Position numbers and translations under genes: made by a program. A stretch of 64,000 bases of DNA, taken from Neoechinorhynchus agilis (taxonomy: Eukaryota > Animalia > Acanthocephala). Position 1 is the first letter of the stretch; each line of letters begins with the position of its first letter. Under the pieces are notes generated by a model. That model made no database searches. It saw nothing but the letters and a program-made list of their open reading frames with translations, and was not told the origin of the DNA. The stretch is taken from positions 18,454,784 to 18,518,783 of the forward strand of contig CM121341.1 in NCBI GenBank assembly GCA_051530055.1, written 5' to 3'. Below are positions 63,950 through 64,000 of the stretch, in pieces.

Positions 63950-64000
63950 TTAAATTTAGCATTTGATCCTTTTGCTTTTCAAGTGTTGCTTTTCAAACAA

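Noticed and set aside
1-64000. Alternative genetic code or stop read-through suggested by many in-frame TAG/TGA/TAA
   Set aside because: Stops occur only in decayed TEs alongside frameshifts; intact host genes end normally with TAA, TAG and TGA.

Overview
AT-rich metazoan (animal) genomic DNA; no prokaryotic or CRISPR features. About three quarters of the window is retrotransposon-derived and heavily nested: RTE-clade and I/Jockey-like LINEs, CR1/L2-like RT fragments, at least eight CRE-clade (restriction-like endonuclease) non-LTR pieces, three Penelope-like (RT + GIY-YIG) remnants, four Ty3/gypsy LTR elements and a tRNA-headed short repeat. Host genes occur as compact islands: an intact intronless eEF2 (35766-38306), a mitochondrial-type 2-Cys peroxiredoxin (39607-40293), a TCF20/RAI1-like extended-PHD gene needing a 34-nt intron (24135-25242, minus), tRNA-Ser(AGA) and tRNA-Ile(AAT). 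The most interesting signals are RNA-structural: (1) a gypsy element whose primer-binding site is replaced by a perfect 15-nt complement of its own LTR (candidate self-priming or poly(A)-occluding hairpin); (2) a twister ribozyme whose cleavage site coincides with the TSD-defined 5' end of a full-length RTE; (3) about ten minimal hammerhead motifs from four Penelope-type families, several in stand-alone palindromes; (4) 31-42 nt micro-introns, one possibly supplying a start codon to a CRE element. All coordinates and alignments were done by eye; TE boundaries without a TSD are approximate, and clade names come from motif recognition, not database searches.
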